A stretch of 63,828 bases of DNA, counting the filler, from Octopus bimaculoides (lineage: Eukaryota), in NCBI RefSeq assembly GCF_001194135.2. It is 9 parts of 9 records of this genome, joined end to end, with 100 filler letters (N's around TTAATTAATTAA, not from the genome) between each part and the next. Parts side by side here need not be neighbours in the genome. Positions count along the whole stretch, not along the records: positions 47,803 to 50,276 come from NW_026301954.1; positions 50,377 to 52,850 come from NW_026368488.1; positions 52,951 to 56,820 come from NC_068988.1; positions 56,921 to 60,023 come from NW_026311542.1; 5 more parts are not named here. The stretch is one strand, 5' to 3'. The position numbers and the translations under genes are program-made. Position 1 is the stretch's first letter. Every line of letters starts with the position of its first letter. Below, one piece after another: positions 48,025-60,123 of this stretch. Under the pieces are notes generated by a model. It was given only the letters and a program-made list of their open reading frames with translations, did not search any database and was not told the DNA's origin.

Positions 48025-50276
48025 GATATCAGAAAGTAAAATAGAGGGAAATAGTTGGGTTCAATATAAGAAGTTATTTTGGAAAGGGAAAGATATAGCA
48101 AGCATAAAGGGAAATAAGGGAGTAAAAATTAAAATATATGTTNNNNNNNNNNTATAGCAAGCATAAAGGGAAATAAGGGAGTAAAAATTAAAATATATGT
48201 TGGATGTTACAGTTGCTGTTCTATTATCCAAGGAAAGTGCTGTGTAGAGATGATAGAAGGGTTTCTTGCTCGTGGTATGCAAATTCCGATAGGAGTTCAT
48301 ATTTCGTTATTACAAATGGATAGTGTGGAGACATTAATTCTGTGTGCTGTTCACTCAAAGGGGTCTTATAGTATGAATGAAATTTTGAGAAATTACTGGT
48401 AGGTGTAAGTAGATAGAGAGAATAGAATAGATGTGCATGTTAGAAGGCGGAGAATGGTAATGGTCAAAAGGAATAGGAGAGGAAAGAATAAAGAAAGAGG
48501 AATAGAAAATGAGAAAAAGGAGTGCTAGATGGTGGTCAACATATTGTGAGGGGGAGGGGAGCGAAGAACTATCAGTACATAAAATAAATAGGGGTAGAGA
48601 TAGAAAGAAAAGATAAGAATGTAAGGAAAGAATATGTGTGAGAAGTGAAAGGTGGAGTGATATGTTTGAAAGGCGCTAAATTAGTGTGATAGGGAAAGAA
48701 AATGGTACGCAGNNNNNNNNNNNNNNNNNNNNNNNNNNNNNNNNNNNNNNNNNNNNNNNNNNNNNNNNNNNNNNNNNNNNNNNNNNNNNNNNNNNNNNNN
48801 NNNNNNNNNNNNNNNNNNNNNNNNNNNNNNNNNNNNNNNNNNNNNNNNNNNNNNNNNNNNNNNNNNNNNNNNNNNNNNNNNNNNNNNNNNNNNNNNNNNN
48901 NNNNNNNNNNNNNNNNNNNNNNNNNNNNNNNNNNNNNNNNNNNNNNNNNNNNNNNNNNNNNNNNNNNNNNNNNNNNNNNNNNNNNNNNNNNNNNNNNNNN
49001 NNNNNNNNNNNNNNNNNNNNNNNNNNNNNNNNNNNNNNNNNNNNNNNNNNNNNNNNNNNNNNNNNNNNNNNNNNNNNNNNNNNNNNNNNNNNNNNNNNNN
49101 NNNNNNNNNNNNNNNNNNNNNNNNNNNNNNNNNNNNNNNNNNNNNNNNNNNNNNNNNNNNNNNNNNNNNNNNNNNNNNNNNNNNNNNNNNNNNNNNNNNN
49201 NNNNNNNNNNNNNNNNNNNNNNNNNNNNNNNNNNNNNNNNNNNNNNNNNNNNNNNNNNNNNNNNNNNNNNNNNNNNNNNNNNNNNNNNNNNNNNNNNNNN
49301 NNNNNNNNNNNNNNNNNNNNNNNNNNNNNNNNNNNNNNNNNNNNNNNNNNNNNNNNNNNNNNNNNNNNNNNNNNNNNNNNNNNNNNNNNNNNNNNNNNNN
49401 NNNNNNNNNNNNNNNNNNNNNNNNNNNNNNNNNNNNNNNNNNNNNNNNNNNNNNNNNNNNNNNNNNNNNNNNNNNNNNNNNNNNNNNNNNNNNNNNNNNN
49501 NNNNNNNNNNNNNNNNNNNNNNNNNNNNNNNNNNNNNNNNNNNNNNNNNNNNNNNNNNNNNNNNNNNNNNNNNNNNNNNNNNNNNNNNNNNNNNNNNNNN
49601 NNNNNNNNNNNNNNNNNNNNNNNNNNNNNNNNNNNNNNNNNNNNNNNNNNNNNNNNNNNNNNNNNNNNNNNNNNNNTTGTGCAAATGCTACCAATCTTAA
49701 GCTCCGCATACCGGAAACAAGCATATGTGATGTATGTGACTGGCGAGGGTTGTGGATTTCTCATATCTAAAAGAACTGAGATGCGCAGCGTATTGGTGTC
49801 TAAAATTTATAGTTAAACAATAAAAAAAATTAAAATCAAAAATTGCAAAGTTAAAAAGTTAACACATAGGGAAGTGGAATTGGGTTGCTAGAGATTGTCT
49901 AAAGGGTGTTCGGTATATGTACTGTGTAGTAATTTAGGTTGTATTTAGATCTGTGGTAAAATTTGAATGTACGATAAAAGCGGTGATTGTATCTACCTAG
50001 GGCCTCATTATATTCACTTAGTAGTATTGGAAAGTTTTGTTTTAATATGTGGAATGCTTCTTTGAGGCATAACTTGGAGGCTGAGCGTGACCCTGGAATG
50101 GAAGCCCTGAATTTATTATGGACCATGATAAGTTATATGGAACATTCCTATTTTTGAGATGATTTATGCGACTGGCATGGGTTGTGGATTTACTGTGTTT
50201 CTCATATCTAAAAGAATTCAGATGCGCAGCGTATCGTTGTTTAAAATTTATACTATTATCGAACCGGGAGTCTAAC
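48025..50276 (-). mobile_element. Penelope-like element 3' (GIY-YIG) remnants in partial tandem
   Basis: FKQRYAAHLNSFRYEKHSKSTTHASRINHLKNRNVPYNLSWSI..PGSRSASKLCLKEAFHIL (50010-50250); YAAHLSSFRYEKSTTLASHIHH repeated at 49730-49815; weaker SICNNE..ELL copy ~48300; about 1 kb is gap. Confidence 0.7.
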
Positions 50277-50376
50277 NNNNNNNNNNNNNNNNNNNNNNNN
50301 NNNNNNNNNNNNNNNNNNNNTTAATTAATTAANNNNNNNNNNNNNNNNNNNNNNNNNNNNNNNNNNNNNNNNNNNN

Positions 50377-50407
<31 letters not shown>

Positions 50408-50450
50408 AGCATATATATATATACATATATAATATGTGTGTGTATATATA

Positions 50451-50652
50451 AGGCGGTGAACTCGCAGAAACGTTAGCACACCGGGCGAAATGCTTAGCGG
50501 TATTTCGTTCTGAGTTCAAAATTCTGCCGGGGTCGACTTTACTTTTCATCCTTTCGAGGTCTATAAATTAAGTACCAGTTGCATACTGGGGTTGATCCAA
50601 TCGACTGGCCCCTACCCCAAAAATTTCGGGCCTTGTACTATGAATAGAAAAG
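50451..50652 (+). mobile_element. SINE family A
   Basis: Full head, core and tail. Confidence 0.9.
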
Positions 50653-51279
50653 AATATATATGTGTATATATATCTCCTCTCACTCTCTTCTTTCGTCAAA
50701 CTGTAAACCTGACTCGAATGGCTGCATAAAAGTAGATTCTGTCAAATGTACTCAAAGTACCAGGTGATGATGTAAAAGTCTACTCACCCAGGTCGGCCGC
50801 GGTGAGATTTGAACTCAGAGGCCAAAAACGCTTGAACCGTTACCGCAAGGCACCCAATTCCACGTTCTTACAGATCCACCAATCCATCCCTCCAGCCATC
50901 TAACCACACTCATGTGTGTGTGTGTGTGTGTGTGTGTTTCGCTGAAGAGATCTCATAGGACTGAAACATCCCTATTGTTTCCACCAGATTAGTTAACGAC
51001 CACATCCACACGCCTATCCCATTTTCTATAAGTACCAGTTGGATACTGAGGTCGATGTAATTGACTTACCCCACCCTACTCTGGAATTACTAGCATAGTG
51101 CCAAAATTTGAAACCAATATAAGAAATGGAATGCATTTTCTACTGTTTTGGAGATTGTAGAAACTATTGATTATAATATTCAATTCTGCTTCTTTATCCT
51201 CTGAATTCCAATCACGCCGTGAGTGACTTTTTCTTTCCTCTCTCTGGGATATCATAAAACAGGAATCAAAATATATTTT

Positions 51280-51497
51280 GTTTGTGTTTGTCGCCATCAC
51301 GGCTCGACAACCGGTGTTGGTGTGTTTACATCCCCGTAACCTAGCTGTTCCGCAAAAGAGACCGATAGAAGTACCAGGCTTTAAAAAAAAATTAAGTTCT
51401 GGGGTTGATTTGTTCGACGAAAAAAAAACTATTCAAGGTGGTGCTCCAGCATGGACGCAACCAAATGAGCGAAACAAGTAAAAGAATAAAAGAATGC
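51280..51497 (+). mobile_element. SINE family C 3' half
   Basis: ..ggggttgatttgttcgac..ggtggtgctccagcatgg..gaaacaagtaaaagaataaaagaa. Confidence 0.85.
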
Positions 51498-51779
51498 ATA
51501 TTCATGATATGTATTTTAACAATATGTGTGTGTGTGTGTTTGTGTGCATGCACAGATAGATACACACCCACACCTACCCCACACACGCACACACACATGC
51601 ATGCACGCGCACACAAACTTTTTTCTCAAAGCCAGGACGCTTCGTTATTTTCTTTTTATTTATTATTATAATTTTTTCTCACATTCATAATCATCCGTGT
51701 GGTAAAAGAAATCCTTCTTTATTGTTCAAATTATGATAACAATTGTCATCCTCATTATGTCTGCTTTAGAAACTGTCAT

Positions 51780-51845
51780 CACCATCATCATCATCATCAT
51801 CATTATAATTTTATTAAACTTTGTGGCCAATAAAGATTCTTATTC

Positions 51846-51897
<52 letters not shown>

Positions 51898-51921
51898 CAT
51901 CATCATCATCATCATCATCAA

Positions 51922-51966
<45 letters not shown>

Positions 51967-52025
51967 TGCTACTATTATAATCATTAATATTACTATTATT
52001 ATTATAACTATTATTTTTATTATCA
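51780..52025. repeat. (CAT)n/(TAT)n compound microsatellite
   Basis: Direct. Confidence 0.95.
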
Positions 52026-52201
52026 TACCTCTTTCATTATAATTGTTAAAACATTTATTTTTAAATCATGTTTCCTTTAATATATATCATTTTCTTCTGT
52101 TTTATTTATTTATTTTTTTTATTCTCTCTTCTCCCCCAACCAATTTTATGTAGATTCTCCCTGAGGCGGAATAACGGTACACGAGTGACATAGCCAGTTC
52201 C

Positions 52202-52329
52202 ATGCAGACAACTTCACAATATTCAGTGGAATATCCCACGCTTTCCACATCGATACAACGAAGCACCCAGCCACTCCCGACGCTCGGAGACGCTTCTACA
52301 AAACTTATAATTACTAAATTGAGAGACAG
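52202..52329 (+). CDS. Candidate first coding exon (MQTTSQYSVEYPTLSTSIQRSTQPLPTLGDASTKLIITKLRD), product unknown
   Basis: Polypyrimidine tract plus TAG acceptor at 52153, in-frame upstream stop at 52172, ccATGc, CAG|GTAGGA donor (phase 2); non-repetitive, CpG-richer island. No homology recognised. Confidence 0.3.
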
Positions 52330-52499
52330 GTAGGATCACCATGCATCATTACTCTATATGTCGGTTCACCTGTGTAGATTGTAACGTAAATAACGTGTAT
52401 TTTTCACCTAGTGCAAAGGTTAACAGGTTAGTCGCGAAACAAATCTAATTATTTGGTGTCTGTGAAGTTATTAAGATATATATATTGATATTAAAATGG

Positions 52500-52501
52500 T
52501 C

Positions 52502-52572
<71 letters not shown>

Positions 52573-52577
52573 TATAG

Positions 52578-52634
<57 letters not shown>

Positions 52635-52850
52635 TAGATATAGATATATAGATATATATATATATATACATATATATAGATATATATATGTATGTATGTA
52701 CGTATATATGTATACATGTATGGATGTATGTATATGTGTATATATGTATCTATGTAAGTATATATGCATATATGTGTGTGTCTGTAAGTATGTATATGTA
52801 TATAAATATACAAATACATATATATATTTATATATATATATATATATATA
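52500..52850. repeat. (AT)n/(GATA)n microsatellites
   Basis: Direct. Confidence 0.95.
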
Positions 52851-52950
52851 NNNNNNNNNNNNNNNNNNNNNNNNNNNNNNNNNNNNNNNNNNNNTTAATT
52901 AATTAANNNNNNNNNNNNNNNNNNNNNNNNNNNNNNNNNNNNNNNNNNNN

Positions 52951-53634
52951 ATATTGTAGCTGTAACTTATAACTGGGACGGCTAAAGTGTTAATACCTAT
53001 TATCTTGTTTTTAGCAATGAGCTCTGTTTTTAGTATTGATCTAACTCGTCTATAGTAGTCTTTCTTTATTTTCTCTTTCATTTGTGTGTGTTGTATCCTA
53101 TCTAGTTCATTGATTCCTAAATATTTGTATGGCTGGTTTTCGTCTAATTCTCTTATTTCATTGGCTTTATCTAGTGTGATGTTGCTACTCTTAACTAGTT
53201 TTCCTCTTTTCAGGGTTCCTTTGGCACATTTTTCTAATCCAAATTTCATATCTATTTCTTTGATAAATCCACGTACAGTCTGTAGTAGTGTTTCCAGCTC
53301 TTTATCATTTTTAGCGTATAAATTTAGGTCATCCATATATAAAAGGTGGTTGATTGTTTTGCCGTAACATTTGTATCCGCATCCAGTTCTATTTAGCAAA
53401 TCAGTTAAAGGTGTGAGTGCCAAGCAGAACAGGAGTGGAGAGAGCGTGTCTCCCTGGAATATTCCTCTTCTAATGGGGATGGCTTTCATTTTCATGAGTC
53501 CCTCTTTTGTTTGGAGCTGTAGTACTGTCTGCCATTTATTCATAGAGTGCCTTATGTATTTTATAATAATTGGTGCCACCTTGTTTATGGCTAGTGTTTC
53601 GAGGATCCACTTGTAGGGAACACTGTCAAAAGCC
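52951..53634 (-). mobile_element. R4/Dong-type LINE RT, 5'-truncated at (TAA)n
   Basis: AFDSVPYKWILET..RRGIFQGDTLSPLLF..HLLYMDDL..KFGLEKC..YKYLG..INTLAVPVISYS. Confidence 0.92.
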
Positions 53635-53671
<37 letters not shown>

Positions 53672-54705
53672 TTACTTTTAATTTGCATGTTTATTACAAT
53701 CACAGCGTCCTAGGGCGAATGAAGGATAAGAGATGTTACAGTATGACTGAAAGCTTGGAAGGGAAGTGGCAGGGGCAGTATCAAAATATCTTCATGTAAT
53801 ACAACATAAACATTTAAATGGATAGAGGTTTTCTAAGGATGTGGGTAGTACTTGTCCGCACAATCTTTTGGACTTCTCTGAGACATGGTTCTCCTGGGAT
53901 CTTATCTAGATGTTTCTAACATCTCTTTTTTATCATACCTAGGGCACCTACAATAACAGGAACAGTTCTTGCTTTAAGATGCCACATCTCTTGTAGTTCA
54001 ATTTATTTAATTAGTAAAATTCCTTTACAGATATATTTTTATCAGTGGGAACACTTACATCTATTAGTCTACAAGTATTTTCTTCCCTATCTTTAATAAT
54101 CATGTCTGGTCGATTTGCCTGGCCAGTGTTGACTGGAAAATCCCAGAGGATAGCAACATTTTTATCTTCAACACTTGGCTCAGTATGATGTTTATATCAG
54201 TAAGCAGGAATGCCAGTTTTGTAGTGTTTACATATTTTCCAATGTAAATTCTGTCCTACCCTATCATGACAATTTTTGTATTCATTTGGTGTCAGCACAG
54301 GACATCCTGTGACGAAATGGTCTATTGTTTCATCAAATGTGTCACAGAATCTGCATTTGGAGTCAGAACCGTTTTGAAGATCGTTAGCCTAGTAGTTTTT
54401 GGTAACCAGGCTTTGATATTGTGCTGCCAATATGGAACCTTCAATCTCTGCTTTCAGTCCTAACTTCTCAGCAACTTACAAAAGTTGCTTTAGCACACTC
54501 ATCAAGGCCAAAATCCATCCTGATGTCATTGCTGAACTCTGTAACAGTTGTTAGCAGCTCTTCATTATTTCTAGCAAACAGCTTCAAATTGTCCATATAA
54601 AACAGATAGTTTATTGTCATATTATAAAGTTTGAACCCATACCTGGTGTTATTTAATTTGTTTGAGAGTGGGGTCAGTGCGATGCAAAAGAGTAATGGGG
54701 AAAGA
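53672..54705 (-). mobile_element. R4/Dong-type LINE 3' part (RT piece, CCHC, RLE, 3'UTR) ending in (TAA)n
   Basis: LSPLLFCIALTP..YMDNLKLF; CRFCDTFDETIDHFVTGC; ILWDFP..RPDMIIKD..LIDVSVP; ..ILRKPLSI* then UTR and (TAA)n. Confidence 0.88.
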
Positions 54706-55016
54706 GGGCGAGCTGACAGAAACGTTAGCATGCCGGGTGAAATGCTTAGCGGTATTTCCTCTGCCACTATGTTCTGATTTCAAATTCCGCCGAGGTCAAC
54801 TTTGTCTTTCGGGGTCGATTAAATAAGTACCAGTTGCACACTGGGGTCAATATAATCGACTTAATCCGTTTGTCTGTCCTCGTTTGTCTGTCCTCGTTTG
54901 CCTCCTCTGTGTGTAGCCCCTTGTGGGCAGTAAAGAAATAAGAAAAGTTAGCAATCAGGGCGAAATGCTTAACGTTATTATGCCTGCCATTATGTTCTGA
55001 GTTCAAATTCCGCTGA
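54706..55016 (+). mobile_element. SINE family A, alternative-tail variant, plus a second head
   Basis: Core followed by ttaatccgtttgtctgtcc..cttgtggg tail, also seen at 60124. Confidence 0.85.
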
Positions 55017-55020
55017 CTAG

Positions 55021-55165
55021 CCAATTATGTGGGACACTATCAAATGCTTTCCTGTAGTCTATCCATGCCATACTCAGGCTCTTCTTTTTGTTTCGGTAAT
55101 TCTCTGCGATTATTTTATTTATGAATAACTGATCTCTGCACCCATAAGAATTATTTTTACAACCC
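55021..55165 (-). mobile_element. R4/Dong RT fragment starting at (TAA)n
   Basis: KGCKNNSYGCRDQLFINK..SLSMAWIDYRKAFDSVPHNW. Confidence 0.85.
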
Positions 55166-55216
<51 letters not shown>

Positions 55217-55217
<1 letters not shown>

Positions 55218-55461
55218 GTGAGAGAGCAGCGCATGCCATCAAAGTGACACTGGGATAAAATATACAAAGCCCAATATACCTGAAAAGACTACCTGTTTGA
55301 TAAGGGTACACCAGACATATACATTACAAACATATGTGTGCGACATGGTGATTTCATATCAAGATAAACAGCACATGACCTTGCAGATGAAGCCCTGTAA
55401 GAATTTTCTTTGGTTTAAGTAGCCCATCCTACTCAAAAGGTCCCTGAATTAGGGCTGTTTA
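55217..55461 (-). mobile_element. Element X, 3'-side half ending in (TAA)n
   Basis: Overlaps 18650-18703; ends ..gctgctctctcact then (TAA)17. Confidence 0.65.
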
Positions 55462-55546
55462 TATTTTCATATTTTTTCATTTGCTTATATATATATCTTA
55501 AGATGTTCAGTTGACCAATGTATTGTTCCAATCTATAGAGATCAAT

Positions 55547-55936
55547 GTTGTTGTTGTTGGCACTCCGTCGCTTACGACGTCGAGGGTTCCAGTTGATCCG
55601 ATCAATGGAACAGCCTGCTCGTGAAATTAACATGCAAGTGGCTGAGCACTCCACAGACACATGTACCCTTAAAGTAGTTCTCGGGGATATTCAGCGTGAC
55701 ACAGTGTGACAAGGCTGACCCTTTGAATTACAGGCACAACAGAAACAGGAAGTAAGAGTGAGAGAAAGTTGTGGTGGAAGAGTACAACAGGGTTCGCCAT
55801 CATCCCCTGCCGGAGCCTCGTGGAACTTTAGGTGTCTTCACTCAGTAAACACTCACAACGCCCGGTCTGGGAATCGAAACCGCAATCCTATGACCACGAG
55901 TCTGCTGCCCTAATCACTGGGCCATTGCGCCTCCAC
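55547..55936 (-). mobile_element. SINE family B full copy with 10-bp TSD
   Basis: TSD AGAGATCAAT at 55537-55546 and 55939-55948. Confidence 0.95.
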
Positions 55937-56379
55937 AGAGAGATCAATACTAAATCAGTAACATGTTGGCTAATTTTAATTAATTGATTGGTATTTCATA
56001 ATTGTTTAGTGATATTGTACTTTTGACAAATGTGTTGAACACTTGAAGACTCAGTTCCATCTGCTGATGACAAAGAGCTCTGACTGAACACACCAACAAC
56101 CAACTGAAGTGGGAGTGGGTGGGTAGTAAAGGACAGTTATCATAGTTATTAAGCAGTAGGTTGAAAGGGCATTTAACAAAACAACAACAGTGACTAATAC
56201 AACAATAACAGCAACAATAGCAGCAACAGCCACATATGAGTAGGTGCAACAGAAATGTGCAGTGTACTATTATAGAAACAGTAACAACATCAATGAAAAT
56301 GAGTTGATAAATAAAGCCTCTATAGGGTCACTGAATTTGCTGGAAATAACAGCCAAATCGTCCTCAAGTTACACCCTAC

Positions 56380-56820
56380 AGTTACAGTTTAAATCAGCTA
56401 GCCCTACCAAAAGTATGGACAACTGCCCTCCACCTAAACACCTTAATTACAACATGCACAGAACCCCCCCAAAAAGCGGTGGCCGCTCCATCCTGTGGTA
56501 CACCCCCCATTCTCTCTTAACACTAGGAACCTAGCCAAATCTTTCTTTAAAATACTAGATTCTAACTTCCCACGACAACACAAATACTACTCTATATTCA
56601 ACAGATCCACTTTAAAATTATCGTATTCTACCACTCCTAACTTTGAATCTATTATAGCAGCTTCTAACAAACATAAACTCTCGCTCTATTACCAAAACCT
56701 AAGCAACCATAACTATGCTAGCGCCAGCACCCGACCCACACATACACCCAACACGGACATTAATATACGTTCTTCTAACACTAACGCTCGTACACTAGAA
56801 CAAAACCACAATGAATTCCA
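56380..56820 (+). mobile_element. Penelope-like element RT C-terminus/linker fragment
   Basis: RSILWYTPP(fs)FSLNTRNLAKSFFKILDSNFPRQHKYYSIFNRSTLKLSYSTTPNFESII resembles the PLE WFNPPFS..IFNRNT.K.SYS..PN motif. Confidence 0.8.
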
Positions 56821-57116
56821 NNNNNNNNNNNNNNNNNNNNNNNNNNNNNNNNNNNNNNNNNNNNTTAATTAATTAANNNNNNNNNNNNNNNNNNNNNNNN
56901 NNNNNNNNNNNNNNNNNNNNACACACACACACACACACACACACTCGCGCGCACACATATATACAGACGCACACCACAGAGTAATGATTGTTGTTCCAGT
57001 TATTGTTGCTTTTGCTGGTGTCGTTGCCCATTATTGTCACTGCTGACTGTAAATTATTTATTAAACTAGCAGTGCACCTAGTTCTGCACTGAGCATCAAA
57101 TTATAACAACAACAAC

Positions 57117-57171
<55 letters not shown>

Positions 57172-57486
57172 GATTCGTTTTATTGGCCACAAGGGCTAAT
57201 ATCAAATAAAAACATGTAAGGACAAAGACAGAACGAAGGTTACATAAGGTTTTGTCCGAAAAGGTAGGAAAGTTCGTCTAAACAGAGGAAGAAAACGGAG
57301 AAAGATATAACAAATAAATAGATAAATAAATAAATAAATACATAAATAAATACATAAATAAATAGAACTCCCAAAGGGGGAGGCGCTTCGAAAAAGGAAA
57401 GGTTACACGTGGAAAAACCCATAAAACCACAGGAGCCTGGTCAGAAAAAATAAGAAAGGGGTATAGAGCCCTTTCTCCTTATAATA

Positions 57487-57530
<44 letters not shown>

Positions 57531-57531
<1 letters not shown>

Positions 57532-57730
57532 CCTTTCTGCTAAAGGCACAACACCTACGATTTCGGAGGGAGGAGGCTAGTCGACTATATCGACCCCAGT
57601 GTTTCACTGGTACTTGATTCATTGACCCTCGAAAGGATGAGAGGCAAAGTCGAGACCTCGGCGGAATTTGAACTCAGAACGTGAAGACGGACGAAATGCC
57701 AGCGAAGCATTCTGTCCATCTTGCCGCCTT
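57531..57730 (-). mobile_element. SINE family A with (ATT)n tail (57485-57530)
   Basis: Reverse complement of the 16070 copy. Confidence 0.88.
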
Positions 57731-57734
57731 CTTG

Positions 57735-57801
<67 letters not shown>

Positions 57802-58159
57802 TGATGATGATGATGATGATGATGGGGAAGAAGAAAATGATTTTTCTGATGTTTCATTTCGTACGTTTCAATAACTCCGATCGATTACGGATTATTTCGT
57901 CAGATGACGACATAACCGGATGATGATTGTTTTGCCAAAATGGTTGATGACAGTAACAGCTTAGAAACCACTACTCTATGTGGTCTCCCAACATGCTGGT
58001 AATAGCAGCTAAGTATATCTCAAATAACACCATTACCATCTTAACAAAAGAAGAAAAGAAAAAGAAAAAGATGGATGCAGTGGATAATGATGTAGTTCGA
58101 GATACAATATGCCTGAAATATGAAAAGATGTGATAGACATTGTTGGAACGCCTGACCTG

Positions 58160-58425
58160 ACTAAAATTCTCCAAGGTGGTGCCCCAGCATGGCCACAGTC
58201 TAATGACTGAAACAAATGAAAGATTAAAGAGAAAAGAGAGAATAACAAAATGTATTTACATCTGTTTCAAGTTTCACAGCTTGTTTCCTCCATATTAACC
58301 ACAATACTTGTTTTTTTGTTTTTTTTTTTTGAAGTCCGGTACTAACTGTATCGGATACTGTTTTCCGAACCGTTAAGTTATGGGGACGTAAACAAATTGA
58401 CACCGAGTTATCAAGCGGTGGTGGA
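58160..58425. mobile_element. Two SINE family C 3' fragments, tail to tail
   Basis: Plus tail 58160-58240; minus piece 58245-58425. Confidence 0.7.
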
Positions 58426-59790
58426 CACACACACACACACTTATTCTATCGAAATCTTTCGCCGAATCGCTTCTCTACGGGGACATAAACAAACAAACAT
58501 TGGCTGTCAAGTGGCTGTCAAGCACAAACACAAAGGCACACACTCATAAATATTGTACACACACATACAACGGGTTTCCACTCANNNNNNNNNNNNNNNN
58601 NNNNNNNNNNNNNNNNNNNNNNNNNNNNNNNNNNNNNNNNNNNNNNNNNNNNNNNNNNNNNNNNNNNNNNNNNNNNNNNNNNNNNNNNNNNNNNNNNNNN
58701 NNNNNNNNNNNNNNNNNNNNNNNNNNNNNNNNNNNNNNNNNNNNNNNNNNNNNNNNNNNNNNNNNNNNNNNNNNNNNNNNNNNNNNNNNNNNNNNNNNNN
58801 NNNNNNNNNNNNNNNNNNNNNNNNNNNNNNNNNNNNNNNNNNNNNNNNNNNNNNNNNNNNNNNNNNNNNNNNNNNNNNNNNNNNNNNNNNNNNNNNNNNN
58901 NNNNNNNNNNNNNNNNNNNNNNNNNNNNNNNNNNNNNNNNNNNNNNNNNNNNNNNNNNNNNNNNNNNNNNNNNNNNNNNNNNNNNNNNNNNNNNNNNNNN
59001 NNNNNNNNNNNNNNNNNNNNNNNNNNNNNNNNNNNNNNNNNNNNNNNNNNNNNNNNNNNNNNNNNNNNNNNNNNNNNNNNNNNNNNNNNNNNNNNNNNNN
59101 NNNNNNNNNNNATGAAACGATTTCGTCACGCCTGGAACGCTTTTGATCATAAATCTGGTGAAACAGGAGTGACCAAGGAGGAAGGGCTAAACAACTACTA
59201 CTACTACTACTCGATGATTTTCTTTTTATCAAAACGCTCCTCTAATTTCTGCCATCCGTCGCTCTCAGTTCCACCCGTCAAAAACAAGACAAAAAAAAAT
59301 CTATCAAAATAAGTCAACAAAAAAAAAAAAGGCATTAAAAACGTAATTAACTCTTTTATCCAAATTAATTGTTTTGTTTCTGTACACACACACAAACGCG
59401 CACGCAGACGCACAGGGTAGCCGCGTACGCATGCGCATATATTTTGTAAACAGGAAACGTTTAACAAGATCTCATATTTGATTCAAAATATTGATGAAAT
59501 GAATACGAATAGAATATGAGGAATAAAACATTTCTTTTTTTTTCCATATTGCAAATCTACAACTATTTAGCTAACAATATTTGTGAGCAAGGCCACCGAA
59601 TGAATATTTTAATACTTGGCCGCCATTATACGTTAACAATTCAACAACAACAACAACAGCAGCGACCACGACAGCAATAACGTAGAGTGTTGTGTAACAT
59701 CATAGTACATACTTTCATATTTATAAATCTATTATTATATGAACTCAAAGCTTGCTCGCTTTCTTGTTAGATTACAAATAGATACACACA

Positions 59791-60023
59791 GGCGCAGGAG
59801 TGGCTGTGTGGTAAGAAGTTTGCTTCTCAATCACATGATTCCGGGTTCAGTCCAACTGCGTGGCACCTTGGGCAAGTGTCTTCTACTATAGCCTCGGGTC
59901 GACCGAAGCCTTGTGAGTGGATATGATAGACAGAAACTAAAAGAAGCCTTTTAGACAGAAACTAAAAGGCGGAGAACTAGCAGAAACGTTAGCACGCCGG
60001 GCGAAATGCTTAGCGGTATTTCG
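59791..60023 (+). mobile_element. SINE family C head/CORE followed by SINE family A head
   Basis: ggcgcaggagtggctgtgtgg..gtggcaccttgggcaagtg; ggcggagaactagcagaaacgttagc. Confidence 0.85.
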
Positions 60024-60123
60024 NNNNNNNNNNNNNNNNNNNNNNNNNNNNNNNNNNNNNNNNNNNNTTAATTAATTAANNNNNNNNNNNNNNNNNNNNN
60101 NNNNNNNNNNNNNNNNNNNNNNN

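Noticed and set aside
48094-48202. 49-bp direct repeat around a 10-N gap
   Set aside because: Identical sequence on both sides of a minimal gap is the typical unmerged contig-overlap artefact.
51845-51965. Compound repeats differing by A/G (TAT/CAT, AAT/GAT, ATT/GTT) as fossils of A-to-I-edited RNA
   Set aside because: Ordinary transition plus slippage explains them, and direction cannot be polarised.
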